From positions 1-11,851 of the forward strand of contig CAYVLA010000103.1 in the NCBI GenBank assembly GCA_964452145.1: a stretch of DNA of 11,851 bases, in the 5' to 3' direction. The number at the start of each line of letters is the position of its first letter. The first letter of the stretch is position 1. The position numbers and the translations under genes are program-made. Below, piece after piece: positions 1-7,774 of the stretch. Below the pieces are notes generated by a model, which was not told the origin of the DNA, did not search any database, and worked only from the letters and a program-made list of their open reading frames with translations. This stretch comes from Candidatus Hadarchaeota archaeon (GTDB lineage Archaea > CAYQAE01 > CAYVLA01).

Positions 1-174
1 GCCGGACTCTGGCGTTTTGACTCTCCTTCCGTGCGCAGGTTCTTTCATCTCTAGTCAGGGCGGCTCCCTGTGAGGCTCAGCCCAGGCACAGGCAAGGACG
101 GGGCGCAGAGCGCAGAGCCAAGCCAGGGCCAAACCTTTTTCAGTACCGCTCAAGACGGGCCCTGCGGTGGGTCC

Positions 175-915
175 ATGGAGTTCCCGGGGAAACCCCTCAA
201 GGAGGGAAAGGCCAAGATCCTGTACGCCAAGGATGACAGGACTCTTCTGATGAAGTTCAAGGATGACCTGACGGCGCTGGACGGGCTGAAGCACGACCAT
301 ATGGCCTCAAAGGGGCTGTACAACTCCGTGGTCTCGGCCCATCTGCTTCGAGTCCTCGAAGAGCGGGGCGTGCCAACCCATTTCATCAGCCTACCGGAGC
401 CAGGCGTCATGGAGGTCAAGCGGGTCGACATCGTACCGGTCGAGGTCGTGTGCAGGAACGTGGCAACAGGGAGTATGGTTAAGCGCCTTCCAGTGAAGCC
501 TGGCTTGGTGCTGAAGACGCCGGTCATGGAGTTCTATCTGAAGAACGATGCCCTTCACGATCCTTGGATCAACGAGGACCACATCTTCCTCCTGAATCTG
601 GCGACCGAGGGAGAACTGAAGAGAATCAGGGCCCTCGCCCTCAAGGCAAATGCGGCTCTCGCCGAGTTCATGTCATCACGGGGCCTCATCCTGGCGGACC
701 TGAAGCTGGAATTCGGGAGAATCGATGCGGATCTTGTGGTTGCGGACGAGATCACCTGCGATTCCATGCGGATATTTGACGCCGATGCCTTCTCGCGCGG
801 CAGGATGGTGGAGTACGATAAGCAGATCTTCAGAGACGGCGGAAGCCCGGATGAGGTGAAGAGGGCATATGATGAGGCCTACAGGCGCATCGTGGGGGGA
901 AGGCCCCCCTTCTGA
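175..915 (+). CDS. purC: Phosphoribosylaminoimidazole-succinocarboxamide (SAICAR) synthase
   Basis: Motifs EGKAKILY, FKDDLTA, GVPTHF, PVEVVCRNVATGS, KNDALHDP, LADLKLEFG, VADEITCDSMR, YDKQIFR. ATG at 175 follows a GGTGG SD-like sequence; the upstream extension from 70 is not PurC-like. Confidence 0.96.
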   Translation: MEFPGKPLKEGKAKILYAKDDRTLLMKFKDDLTALDGLKHDHMASKGLYNSVVSAHLLRVLEERGVPTHFISLPEPGVMEVKRVDIVPVEVVCRNVATGSMVKRLPVKPGLVLKTPVMEFYLKNDALHDPWINEDHIFLLNLATEGELKRIRALALKANAALAEFMSSRGLILADLKLEFGRIDADLVVADEITCDSMRIFDADAFSRGRMVEYDKQIFRDGGSPDEVKRAYDEAYRRIVGGRPPF

Positions 916-1137
916 TGCCCGTTGAGTTCGGGCAAGACGCGGTTTCCCTGCCTGGAAGCGAAACCGGGCGACGGTGGGACGGCCTTCTAGGCTTGGGTTC
1001 TCTTCAATCGAGGGAACGTGCAAGGCCCCAATGTGAACCACGAGAGGGGAGCCCAACCAGCCTGAAAAGTGCGCCCCGGCACCATGAATTGGACATAGAG
1101 GAGAGATGTTGCGTGGTTTGGGGCACCCGGGTGATAC

Positions 1138-1144
1138 ATATAAG
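1138..1144 (+). promoter_or_regulatory. Putative TATA box for the rpo5-prf1-argS operon
   Basis: ATATAAG is the clearest AT-rich box in the GC-rich intergenic region. It implies a TSS near 1165-1170. Confidence 0.5.
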
Positions 1145-1195
1145 AAGATGCCACCCGATGAAAGGCCAGAACCCAAGCTACTGGAAGGTGTAGGA

Positions 1196-1726
1196 TTGCC
1201 CGTTGCCGAGGAGGAAATGCTGAGAAAGACGATCGAGAAGTTCGAAGACGACGGGTACAAGATCCAGCGGAGCGGAAAGGAGCTCATAGGTACCACCGAG
1301 GACGAGAAGATCATAGTAAGGGTAATCACGAGCGAGAAATCCATCGGCGTGTCCGAGCTCAGGGGACTCTTGAAACGCGCCGAGAAGGAGAGCGCGAACG
1401 AGATCCACATAGTCTCCGATGCGCCTCTGACCCCCCAAGCCAAGAAGATGGTCGCGGAGGAAGGGATGAGGTACATGAGCATGAAGAACGTGCTCATCGA
1501 CATTACCCAGCACCACCTTGTCCCACGGCACGAGATTCTCTCCGATGAGGAGAAGGAGAGACTGATGAAGGAGCTGGGAATTGAGGCAGGTCAGCTCCCG
1601 AAGATCAGAAGGACCGACCCCATAGTCAGGTTGCTCGGCGGCAAGCCGGGGGACGTTGTGAGGATCCACAGGCGCAGCCCGACCGCAGGAAGCTCGCTCT
1701 ACTACAGGCTAGTCATCGGTGCCTGA
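1196..1726 (+). CDS. rpo5: RNA polymerase subunit Rpo5/RpoH with an extra N-terminal RPB5 jaw-like domain
   Basis: C-terminal ~76 aa is classic RpoH/RPB5-C (DITQHHLVPRHEIL, QLPKIRRTDP, GGKPGDVVRIHRRSPTAG, YYRLV). About 100 extra N-terminal aa resemble RPB5-N. The start is uncertain: TTG 1196 (after GAAGGTG, downstream of the TATA) or ATG 1217 are favoured; 1106 and 1148 are less likely. Confidence 0.93.
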   Translation: MPVAEEEMLRKTIEKFEDDGYKIQRSGKELIGTTEDEKIIVRVITSEKSIGVSELRGLLKRAEKESANEIHIVSDAPLTPQAKKMVAEEGMRYMSMKNVLIDITQHHLVPRHEILSDEEKERLMKELGIEAGQLPKIRRTDPIVRLLGGKPGDVVRIHRRSPTAGSSLYYRLVIGA

Positions 1727-1751
1727 GAGAGGTCCGAGGGGTCGGGAAGGT

Positions 1752-2993
1752 TTGGACAAGGCCACCCTAGAGAAGCACAGGCTGCGAAAGGTGATCGAAG
1801 AACTCAGCCAGCACCGGGGGAGGCATACTGAGCTTATCTCCATCTACATACCGGACGGCTATGACATCAACCTGGTCAACCAGCGAGTAAGGGACGAGTA
1901 CTCCACGGCCCAGAACATCAAGTCCAAGACCACTAGGAAGAACGTTCTGGGCGCCTTAGAGAAGATCAACCAGTTCCTCAGACTCCATCGCACGACGCCC
2001 AAGGGCGGGCTGGTCATCTTCTGCGGCAACGTCAGCAAGCAGGAGGGCGTGTCGGACATAAGGCTATTCGCCCTCAATCCCGTCGAGCCCATCTCGGTCA
2101 GCCTGTATCGATGCCTCCAGGAGTTCGTGCTGGATCCCCTTGTAGAGACGCTGCGGGAGAAGGATGTATTCGGCCTCCTGGTTCTGGATCGGAGGGAAGC
2201 CACGGTGGGCCTTCTCAACGGCAAGCGCATCGAGAAAGTGAAGAAGATGACCTCAGGCGTCCCGGGGAAGTTCCGTGCGGGTGGCCAGTCGGCGAGGAGG
2301 TTCGAAAGGCTTAGGGAGGCTGCTGCCGTGGAGTTCTTTAACAGGATTGGTGAGGCAGCTAACCTCGCCTTCTCCAAGATCGACGACCTGAAAGGGATCC
2401 TCGTGGGTGGACCCTCTCCGACCAAGGAGGACTTCATGAAGGGACCCTTCCTCTCCAATGATATGAAGTCGAAGGTCATCGACCTATTCGACATCTCTTA
2501 CACGGACGAAGATGGATTGAGGGAGCTGGTCAATGCAGCCTCCGATGCCCTTTCTGACCTCTCCGTGATGGCCGAGAAGAGGGCCGTTGCCGGATTTCTG
2601 GAGGAGGTGGCCAAGGATGGGCCGGCTGCCTACGGCATGGGCGAGGTGATGCGCATGCTTGACATCGGGGCCGTGCAGACCCTCCTGCTGTCGGAGAGCC
2701 TGAGGAAATCCCTCGGCCAGTATCACTGTCCAGCATGCGGCTACGACATGGAACGTATAGTGGACGGGCCCGAGAAGGCCCATATTGACCCTGAGCAATC
2801 CCGCTGTCCGCGGTGTGGCTCGGGCCGGCTGGAGCTCAAAGACGTGAAGGATCTGGACGACCTACTTATCGAGAAGGCCGAGAACTCCAAGGCCGGGGTC
2901 CAGCTCATCTCAACGGACACCGAGGAGGGCAGACAGCTGCTGCTGGCTTTCGGGGGACTCGGAGCCATTCTCAGGTACAAGCCGGGCAGGTGA
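1752..2993 (+). CDS. prf1: Peptide chain release factor aRF1
   Basis: GRHTELISIYIP, NIKS (1914-1925), YRCxxxF, GGQSARRF (GGQ 2280-2288), FGGLGAILRY, and a CxxC...CxxC insertion. Start is TTG 1752 (after GGAAGG) or GTG 1719, which overlaps the rpo5 stop. Confidence 0.97.
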   Translation: MDKATLEKHRLRKVIEELSQHRGRHTELISIYIPDGYDINLVNQRVRDEYSTAQNIKSKTTRKNVLGALEKINQFLRLHRTTPKGGLVIFCGNVSKQEGVSDIRLFALNPVEPISVSLYRCLQEFVLDPLVETLREKDVFGLLVLDRREATVGLLNGKRIEKVKKMTSGVPGKFRAGGQSARRFERLREAAAVEFFNRIGEAANLAFSKIDDLKGILVGGPSPTKEDFMKGPFLSNDMKSKVIDLFDISYTDEDGLRELVNAASDALSDLSVMAEKRAVAGFLEEVAKDGPAAYGMGEVMRMLDIGAVQTLLLSESLRKSLGQYHCPACGYDMERIVDGPEKAHIDPEQSRCPRCGSGRLELKDVKDLDDLLIEKAENSKAGVQLISTDTEEGRQLLLAFGGLGAILRYKPGR

Positions 2994-2997
2994 GAAA

Positions 2998-4746
2998 GTG
3001 GACGTCCTTGCGGAATTGAAGGATTCCCTGAAGCGGGCAATATCTGATTCATTTCGAAGCGAGGGGATGGAGGTGGCTGCCCAAACCATTGAGATCAGCG
3101 ATCGCAGACAGAGGGCGTTCGGCGACCTCTCCACACCAGTTGTTCTGAGGACTGCCGCCTCGAAGGGACTGAACCCCTCCAAGGTTGCAGAAGAAGTTGC
3201 TCGGTCGCTGGGAAGCATCGAGTTCATCCGCAGTGCCCGGGCCGTGGGGGGCTATCTGAACTTCCATATCGATTGGGATTCATTCACGACCAGGCTTCTA
3301 ACCGAGATCCTCGCCCGGAGAGACGAATACGGGAAGCCGGGAGGGCAAACTGGCAGGCTGCTGGTCGAGCATACAAGCGTCAACCCGACCGGTCCCATCA
3401 ACATCGCGAGATCGAGGAATTCGATGATCGGCGACTCGCTGGCAAGGATCTTTTCCTACATGGGTTGGGAGGTGCGCCGCCTCTACCTGCTCAACGATGT
3501 GGGCCATCAGGTCGTGGTCATATACTGGGGCATGCTGAAGGGCATCTCATCCGATCGGCTCCGCAGAACCTATTCCCGATACGCCTCAAAGAAGGATTTT
3601 CGGACCCTTTTCACATACGTTCCTGCCGTTGCCCGGGCAGCGGAGGACCCGTCTGCTGGAAAGGAGGTGGCCGGGCTTGAGTCAAGGGTTCACCGAGACC
3701 CGGACATTCTTCAGGGCCTCCGGTCATTGTCGAGGGAGTGCTTGGAGGGCCAGCTGGAAAGCCTCTCCCGACTGGGCATAGGTTTCGACGAGATAACGCA
3801 CGAAAGCCAGTTCATCCAGGACGGGTCCCTCCCCGGCATCTTGGACCGGCTGAGGAATGCAGGCGTCACCATCGATAACCCGGACGGCTCAGTTGGTCTG
3901 GACCTGTCATCGTTGGGCCTTGCGAGACGGAAGTCGAAGCAGGTGATCCTGGTCAAGAGCGATGGTTCGTCCACATACACCTTGAGGGACCTAGCTTACC
4001 ACGAGTGGAAGTTCCGCGATGGAGACCTCTTCATCACGGTTCTGGGGGAGGATCACAAGAGGGAGTTCAGGGAGCTGCAATCCATCCTGCAGATCCTGGG
4101 CCACCGAAAAGATCTGAGGGCAGCGTTCTACTCGTTCGTGACCTATCAGGGCGGAAAGAAGATGTCAACCCGAAGGGGCCAGACGGTTCCGTTGGACGAG
4201 GTCATGGACGAGGCGATTAGACGATCGGAGCAGGAGGTCATAAAGAGGAGGGAGCAGCTGCCCGCGGACAAGGTCGCCTCCATCGCTTCCCAGGTGGGCC
4301 TTGGGGCGATCAAGTTCAACGTTCTGAAGGTGGACACCGACAAGAGCATAGCCTTTCGCTGGGATGAAGCCATCAACTTCGCCGGGGACTCCTCGGCCTA
4401 TGTCCAGTATGCCTGTGCCCGGGCAGCTGGCATCCTGATGAACGCGGGCGAATACCGACCGTGCGAGTTCGGCTTGCTCTCCAGCGAGGAGGAACGGAAC
4501 CTGATCTGGTCGCTCGCGAGGGCCCCCGGAATCGTCGCCAGAAGTGCATGCGACATGAAGCCACACTACATCGCTGAGCACTCCCTCGAGATCGCATCGC
4601 TCTTCAACAAGTTCTACATGCAGCACCGCGTGCTTCAGGAGAAGGATCCCCTGAGATCGGCGAGGCTGGGACTAGTTGACGGGGTCAGAGCGGTTCTGTC
4701 CCTGCTGCTGGATCTTCTCGGGATCGCGGCACCCGAGGAGATATGA
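2998..4746 (+). CDS. argS: Arginine--tRNA ligase
   Basis: FGDLS and GGYLNF in the N-domain; VEHTSVNPTGP plus a degenerate HIGH (NIAR); NDxGxQ; KSDGSSTYTLRDLAYH; KMSTRRG; YVQYACAR; FNKFY..HRVL DALR-type domain. GTG start 4 nt after the prf1 stop. Confidence 0.95.
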   Translation: MDVLAELKDSLKRAISDSFRSEGMEVAAQTIEISDRRQRAFGDLSTPVVLRTAASKGLNPSKVAEEVARSLGSIEFIRSARAVGGYLNFHIDWDSFTTRLLTEILARRDEYGKPGGQTGRLLVEHTSVNPTGPINIARSRNSMIGDSLARIFSYMGWEVRRLYLLNDVGHQVVVIYWGMLKGISSDRLRRTYSRYASKKDFRTLFTYVPAVARAAEDPSAGKEVAGLESRVHRDPDILQGLRSLSRECLEGQLESLSRLGIGFDEITHESQFIQDGSLPGILDRLRNAGVTIDNPDGSVGLDLSSLGLARRKSKQVILVKSDGSSTYTLRDLAYHEWKFRDGDLFITVLGEDHKREFRELQSILQILGHRKDLRAAFYSFVTYQGGKKMSTRRGQTVPLDEVMDEAIRRSEQEVIKRREQLPADKVASIASQVGLGAIKFNVLKVDTDKSIAFRWDEAINFAGDSSAYVQYACARAAGILMNAGEYRPCEFGLLSSEEERNLIWSLARAPGIVARSACDMKPHYIAEHSLEIASLFNKFYMQHRVLQEKDPLRSARLGLVDGVRAVLSLLLDLLGIAAPEEI

Positions 4747-4771
4747 GCCTCGGGAAACGGGGTTTGAGCAG

Positions 4772-4924
4772 CTACTTCTCCCTGGTGATAAAGGCGTATG
4801 CTATCAGGGCCGCGATCAGAACGAACAGCACCAATAGAATAGCCGGATTCTTGAACTCCGGGAAGAGCTTTCCTCTGCCCGCCTGAAGCAGAAGGAATGA
4901 GAGAAGTCCTGCCACCGTGATCAC
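4772..4924 (-). CDS. Small (~50 aa) putative membrane protein
   Basis: VITVAGLLSFLLLQAG...PAILLVLFVLIAALIAYAFITREK has two hydrophobic segments. GTG start at 4924, with a minus-strand TTTATATT box at 4961-4954. Confidence 0.5.
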   Translation of the reverse strand: MITVAGLLSFLLLQAGRGKLFPEFKNPAILLVLFVLIAALIAYAFITREK

Positions 4925-4931
4925 TCCAATG

Positions 4932-4961
4932 TTTTTAAGCCCGCGTGGCTTCCAATATAAA
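4932..4961. promoter_or_regulatory. Overlapping divergent archaeal promoters (two TATA boxes)
   Basis: TTTTTAAG on + (4932-4939) begins 34 nt before ATG 4966. TTTATATT on - (4961-4954) begins 37 nt before GTG 4924. Confidence 0.55.
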
Positions 4962-4965
4962 TGAA

Positions 4966-5748
4966 ATGGTCTCGGAGACGGGGTCCCGCCCCTGCACACA
5001 GCAGCCGACCACGGAAGGGGATCGGCATAGGACGAGACCCGAGACCGACAACATCAAGAACCTACTGGGACCGTTCAGGGCTCGGTACTCCGAGGTACTC
5101 AACGAACGGGCCAGGCTGGCCTACAAGGCCGCGAGGACATCCCCGACGGCCAGCTACGCATCCTTCCGGCTCCAGTCACGCCTTGACGATCTAACGGTGA
5201 AACTGGAGCTGCTGGAATCCGAGATCGCCCAGGTCTTGTACTCGAATATGGATGACCTGATCCAAGATGGACTCGCTCAGGCGGTATCCGACCACTTGGC
5301 TCGAAGCCGGACGAAGATGGTCGGACTGAGGGGCAACCCGGCTGACGGCAGCGACGTCCGATCCATACTCTACCGAATGCACAGAGGAGGAACCTTCTAC
5401 CCCTTGGTCTTCCCCCGGGAGATCGGCATGGAGATCTTCCGGACAATGGCGCGGAGAATAGACGAGGAGGGTATGCGGGGCAATGAGATCGCTGCTCGGA
5501 CCCGGAAACTTGTGCTGCGAACACGCTTCCGGCTTCGTGAAGCCGTGTGTCAGGGGCTGGATTCGGTCAGCGATCTCGAGCAGCTCGGCGAAATACGGTG
5601 GAGCTGGAGAAGGGGAAAGATCGTGCGGAGAAGGGCCTACGCGCCCAAGGGCATGCTCGAGCAGGCGAGGGCTGTCGTGGCCATGACCGATTCCGCCATA
5701 CGGGGAGGGCGGCATGCCCCCAAGGGAAGGCAGCCCGAACAGACCTAG
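4966..5748 (+). CDS. Hypothetical protein, Arg-rich, with a predicted helical/coiled-coil N-terminal half
   Basis: 260-codon ORF filling the gap before argG, with an upstream TATA box. Its stop overlaps the argG stop in CTAG (5745-5748). No family recognised. Confidence 0.7.
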   Translation: MVSETGSRPCTQQPTTEGDRHRTRPETDNIKNLLGPFRARYSEVLNERARLAYKAARTSPTASYASFRLQSRLDDLTVKLELLESEIAQVLYSNMDDLIQDGLAQAVSDHLARSRTKMVGLRGNPADGSDVRSILYRMHRGGTFYPLVFPREIGMEIFRTMARRIDEEGMRGNEIAARTRKLVLRTRFRLREAVCQGLDSVSDLEQLGEIRWSWRRGKIVRRRAYAPKGMLEQARAVVAMTDSAIRGGRHAPKGRQPEQT

Positions 5749-6974
5749 TCCTTGCGAGACCTCACCCTGGAGGCCATCCGTGCCTCGAGCCCCCACAGAT
5801 CAATGAAGCCCACTGCCGATCTGTGGTCAAAGATGTCCCGCTTCCTGTCGTAGGTCGCAAGGGCGATGTCGTACAGGGCATGATCCGAGGACCTACCGAC
5901 GACTTGTACATGGCCTTTGAATAGTTTGACCCTGACATCTCCGCTTGTGAATTCGTTGAGCTCGCGGCAGAAGTTCTGAAGCGAAGACCGCAGAGGTTCC
6001 TCCCAAAGACCACCGTACACAAGGTTCGTCCACTCCCGATCAGCCAGCTCCTTGAAGCTGCGTTCTCGGCTGCTGAGGACGCATTTCTCCAGATCCGCGT
6101 GGGCAGACAGGATCACCGTGGCTGCAGGACACTCGTATATCTCGCGCGACTTCAGCCCCACGACCCTGTTCTCGATGTGGTCGATTCTTCCGACCCCGTG
6201 GGTTCCTGCGATCTGTGATAGGGTCTCCACAAGCCTGGTGCCCGCCATTCGCTTCCCGTCAAGCCTCACCGGCACGCCCTTGTCGAATGTCAACGTGATG
6301 TAGTCTGGCTTGTCGGGGGCACTGCCCGGGTCCGCCGTCAGGGCGTACACATCGCCTGGGGGCTCGACCATCGGGTCCTCCAGGACTCCGCACTCTATCG
6401 ATCTACCCCACAGGTTCTCATCCGTGCTGTAGGGGCTGTCGACGTTCACCGGGATCGGTATGTCGTTCTTCTTCGCATACTCAATGGCTTCGGATCTGCC
6501 GAAATCCCACTCCCTCGCGGGGGCTATGATCCTGAGGTTTGGGTTGAGTGCCTTGATCGTCACGTCCATCCGCACCTGATCGTTGCCCTTCCCGGTGCAA
6601 CCGTGCGCCACTGCATCCGCCCCGAATCTCGCGGCGGCCTCAACCAGATGTTTTGCGATCAGGGGTCGGGTGAGCGAGGTGCTTATGGGATAGGAGCCTT
6701 CGTAAAGGGCGTTCGCCCTGATGGCTGGGGTGACGTAGTCATCGAAGAACTCCTTCTTCGCATCGATGCACAGCGCTTCCAACGCTCCCAGGCCGAGTGC
6801 CTTCTCCCTTGCTCCGGCCAGATCGACCCGTCGCTGCCCCACGTCCATGGTCAGGGTGATCACGTCAGCTGAGTAATTCTCGCGAAGCCATTTCACGGCC
6901 ACGCTGGTGTCAAGGCCGCCCGAATAGGCCAGAACGATTCGATCAGCCGTCCTAGAGGTTACCACGTTCGACAT
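5745..6974 (-). CDS. argG: Argininosuccinate synthase
   Basis: IVLAYSGGLDTS, AHGCTGKGNDQVR, YSTDENLWGRSIECG, HGVGRIDHIENRVVGLKSREIYECPAA, AVGFIDLWGL. ATG 6974 lies 4 nt after the upstream stop. Confidence 0.98.
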   Translation of the reverse strand: MSNVVTSRTADRIVLAYSGGLDTSVAVKWLRENYSADVITLTMDVGQRRVDLAGAREKALGLGALEALCIDAKKEFFDDYVTPAIRANALYEGSYPISTSLTRPLIAKHLVEAAARFGADAVAHGCTGKGNDQVRMDVTIKALNPNLRIIAPAREWDFGRSEAIEYAKKNDIPIPVNVDSPYSTDENLWGRSIECGVLEDPMVEPPGDVYALTADPGSAPDKPDYITLTFDKGVPVRLDGKRMAGTRLVETLSQIAGTHGVGRIDHIENRVVGLKSREIYECPAATVILSAHADLEKCVLSSRERSFKELADREWTNLVYGGLWEEPLRSSLQNFCRELNEFTSGDVRVKLFKGHVQVVGRSSDHALYDIALATYDRKRDIFDHRSAVGFIDLWGLEARMASRVRSRKD

Positions 6975-6978
6975 CTCC

Positions 6979-7689
6979 TCATGCGAGGAACGGGAACTCC
7001 TCGTCGACAACCCTGCCATCTATGTCCAATCGCCTGGCAAGCACGCCTTTCCTCTTCGCCTCGAGTCTGATGACCGATGCAGGCTTGCCGGCTAGCTCGG
7101 CAGGAACCGAAAGCTCGTCTATCCTGAACCTGTGGCCGACGGTCAACGACTCAAAGGAATTGGAACCCGCTCTGGGGACCAGTGCATCCAAGACCGCAGC
7201 CCTTGCATCCTCGCAATCAGGCATCGTGAGGTTGCAGAACTCGGGCTCGCTGAATTTGTTGGGCTTCGGCACGCTCGAACCCGTTGAGTAGGAGTATCCC
7301 CTTGCCTTGGCCTTCAGGAGCACGGCGAAATCCCACAGCGCATCATAGATCGTGCCGAAGCGACCCGGAGAGATCTCGGCCGAGACCTTATACTTGTACC
7401 CTCCCCTCTTGGTCACGTCATCTATCTCGAGACCGTGCAGCTTGAGCTTGTCATCCACGCGGTCCTTGCTGAGGACCAGGCCCTGGACGGCGAGATCAGA
7501 ATCACACCTATCGGAGAGGAGTTGGGCAAGCACCGGCGTGTAGAGGTAGCTCCCCGATATCTTCAGCTTGTTCCCAGAGGCCGATGCCTGGGCCACCGGG
7601 CCTTCAAAGATCCCGCGACCGTACCGCGCCATTATGGAGTGTGCATGGTCGTTAGATTGGCCCGAGATCAACGCGAGAAGGAAGTTCAT
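6979..7689 (-). CDS. Conserved archaeal hypothetical protein
   Basis: 236-aa ORF, MNFL...H...RYGRGIF...PKP...FC...HRFRIDELSVP...IRLEAKRKGVLARRLDIDG...EEFPFLA. From memory this resembles an uncharacterised family of uncultured archaea. A TATA box begins 32 nt upstream of ATG 7689. Confidence 0.8.
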   Translation of the reverse strand: MNFLLALISGQSNDHAHSIMARYGRGIFEGPVAQASASGNKLKISGSYLYTPVLAQLLSDRCDSDLAVQGLVLSKDRVDDKLKLHGLEIDDVTKRGGYKYKVSAEISPGRFGTIYDALWDFAVLLKAKARGYSYSTGSSVPKPNKFSEPEFCNLTMPDCEDARAAVLDALVPRAGSNSFESLTVGHRFRIDELSVPAELAGKPASVIRLEAKRKGVLARRLDIDGRVVDEEFPFLA

Positions 7690-7713
7690 GTCCCATTGCG
7701 GGTCCAAAAAAGA

Positions 7714-7721
7714 ATTAAAAA
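7714..7721 (-). promoter_or_regulatory. TATA box of the hypothetical-argG unit
   Basis: TTTTTAAT on - with purine-rich GATAAGA (BRE-like) upstream, beginning 32 nt from ATG 7689; this spacing suggests a leaderless transcript. Confidence 0.6.
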
Positions 7722-7774
7722 TCTTATCTAGGGTTAAGGGGCGGCAGCTGGGAAAACGAATCCACCAGAGGGCC

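Noticed and set aside
1..48. Possible start of a minus-strand gene (MKEPAHGRRVKTPESG...) leaving the window
   Set aside because: Only 16 codons are visible, with no recognisable motif.
70..174. N-terminal extension of PurC in the ORF track
   Set aside because: Not PurC-like. It contains the probable promoter (TTTTTCAG at 136) and the SD for ATG 175.
916..1140. RNase P RNA or SRP RNA
   Set aside because: No GAGGAAAGTCC-type P4 motif or SRP helix-8 motif on either strand. K-turn pairings I tried were incomplete.
915..1193. 92-aa ORF in the purC-rpo5 spacer
   Set aside because: No protein-like features; it spans the putative rpo5 TATA box and hairpins.
676..2494. Long antisense ORFs (676-1503, 1178-1669, 1859-2494)
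   Set aside because: Shadow frames of well-supported genes in GC-rich DNA.
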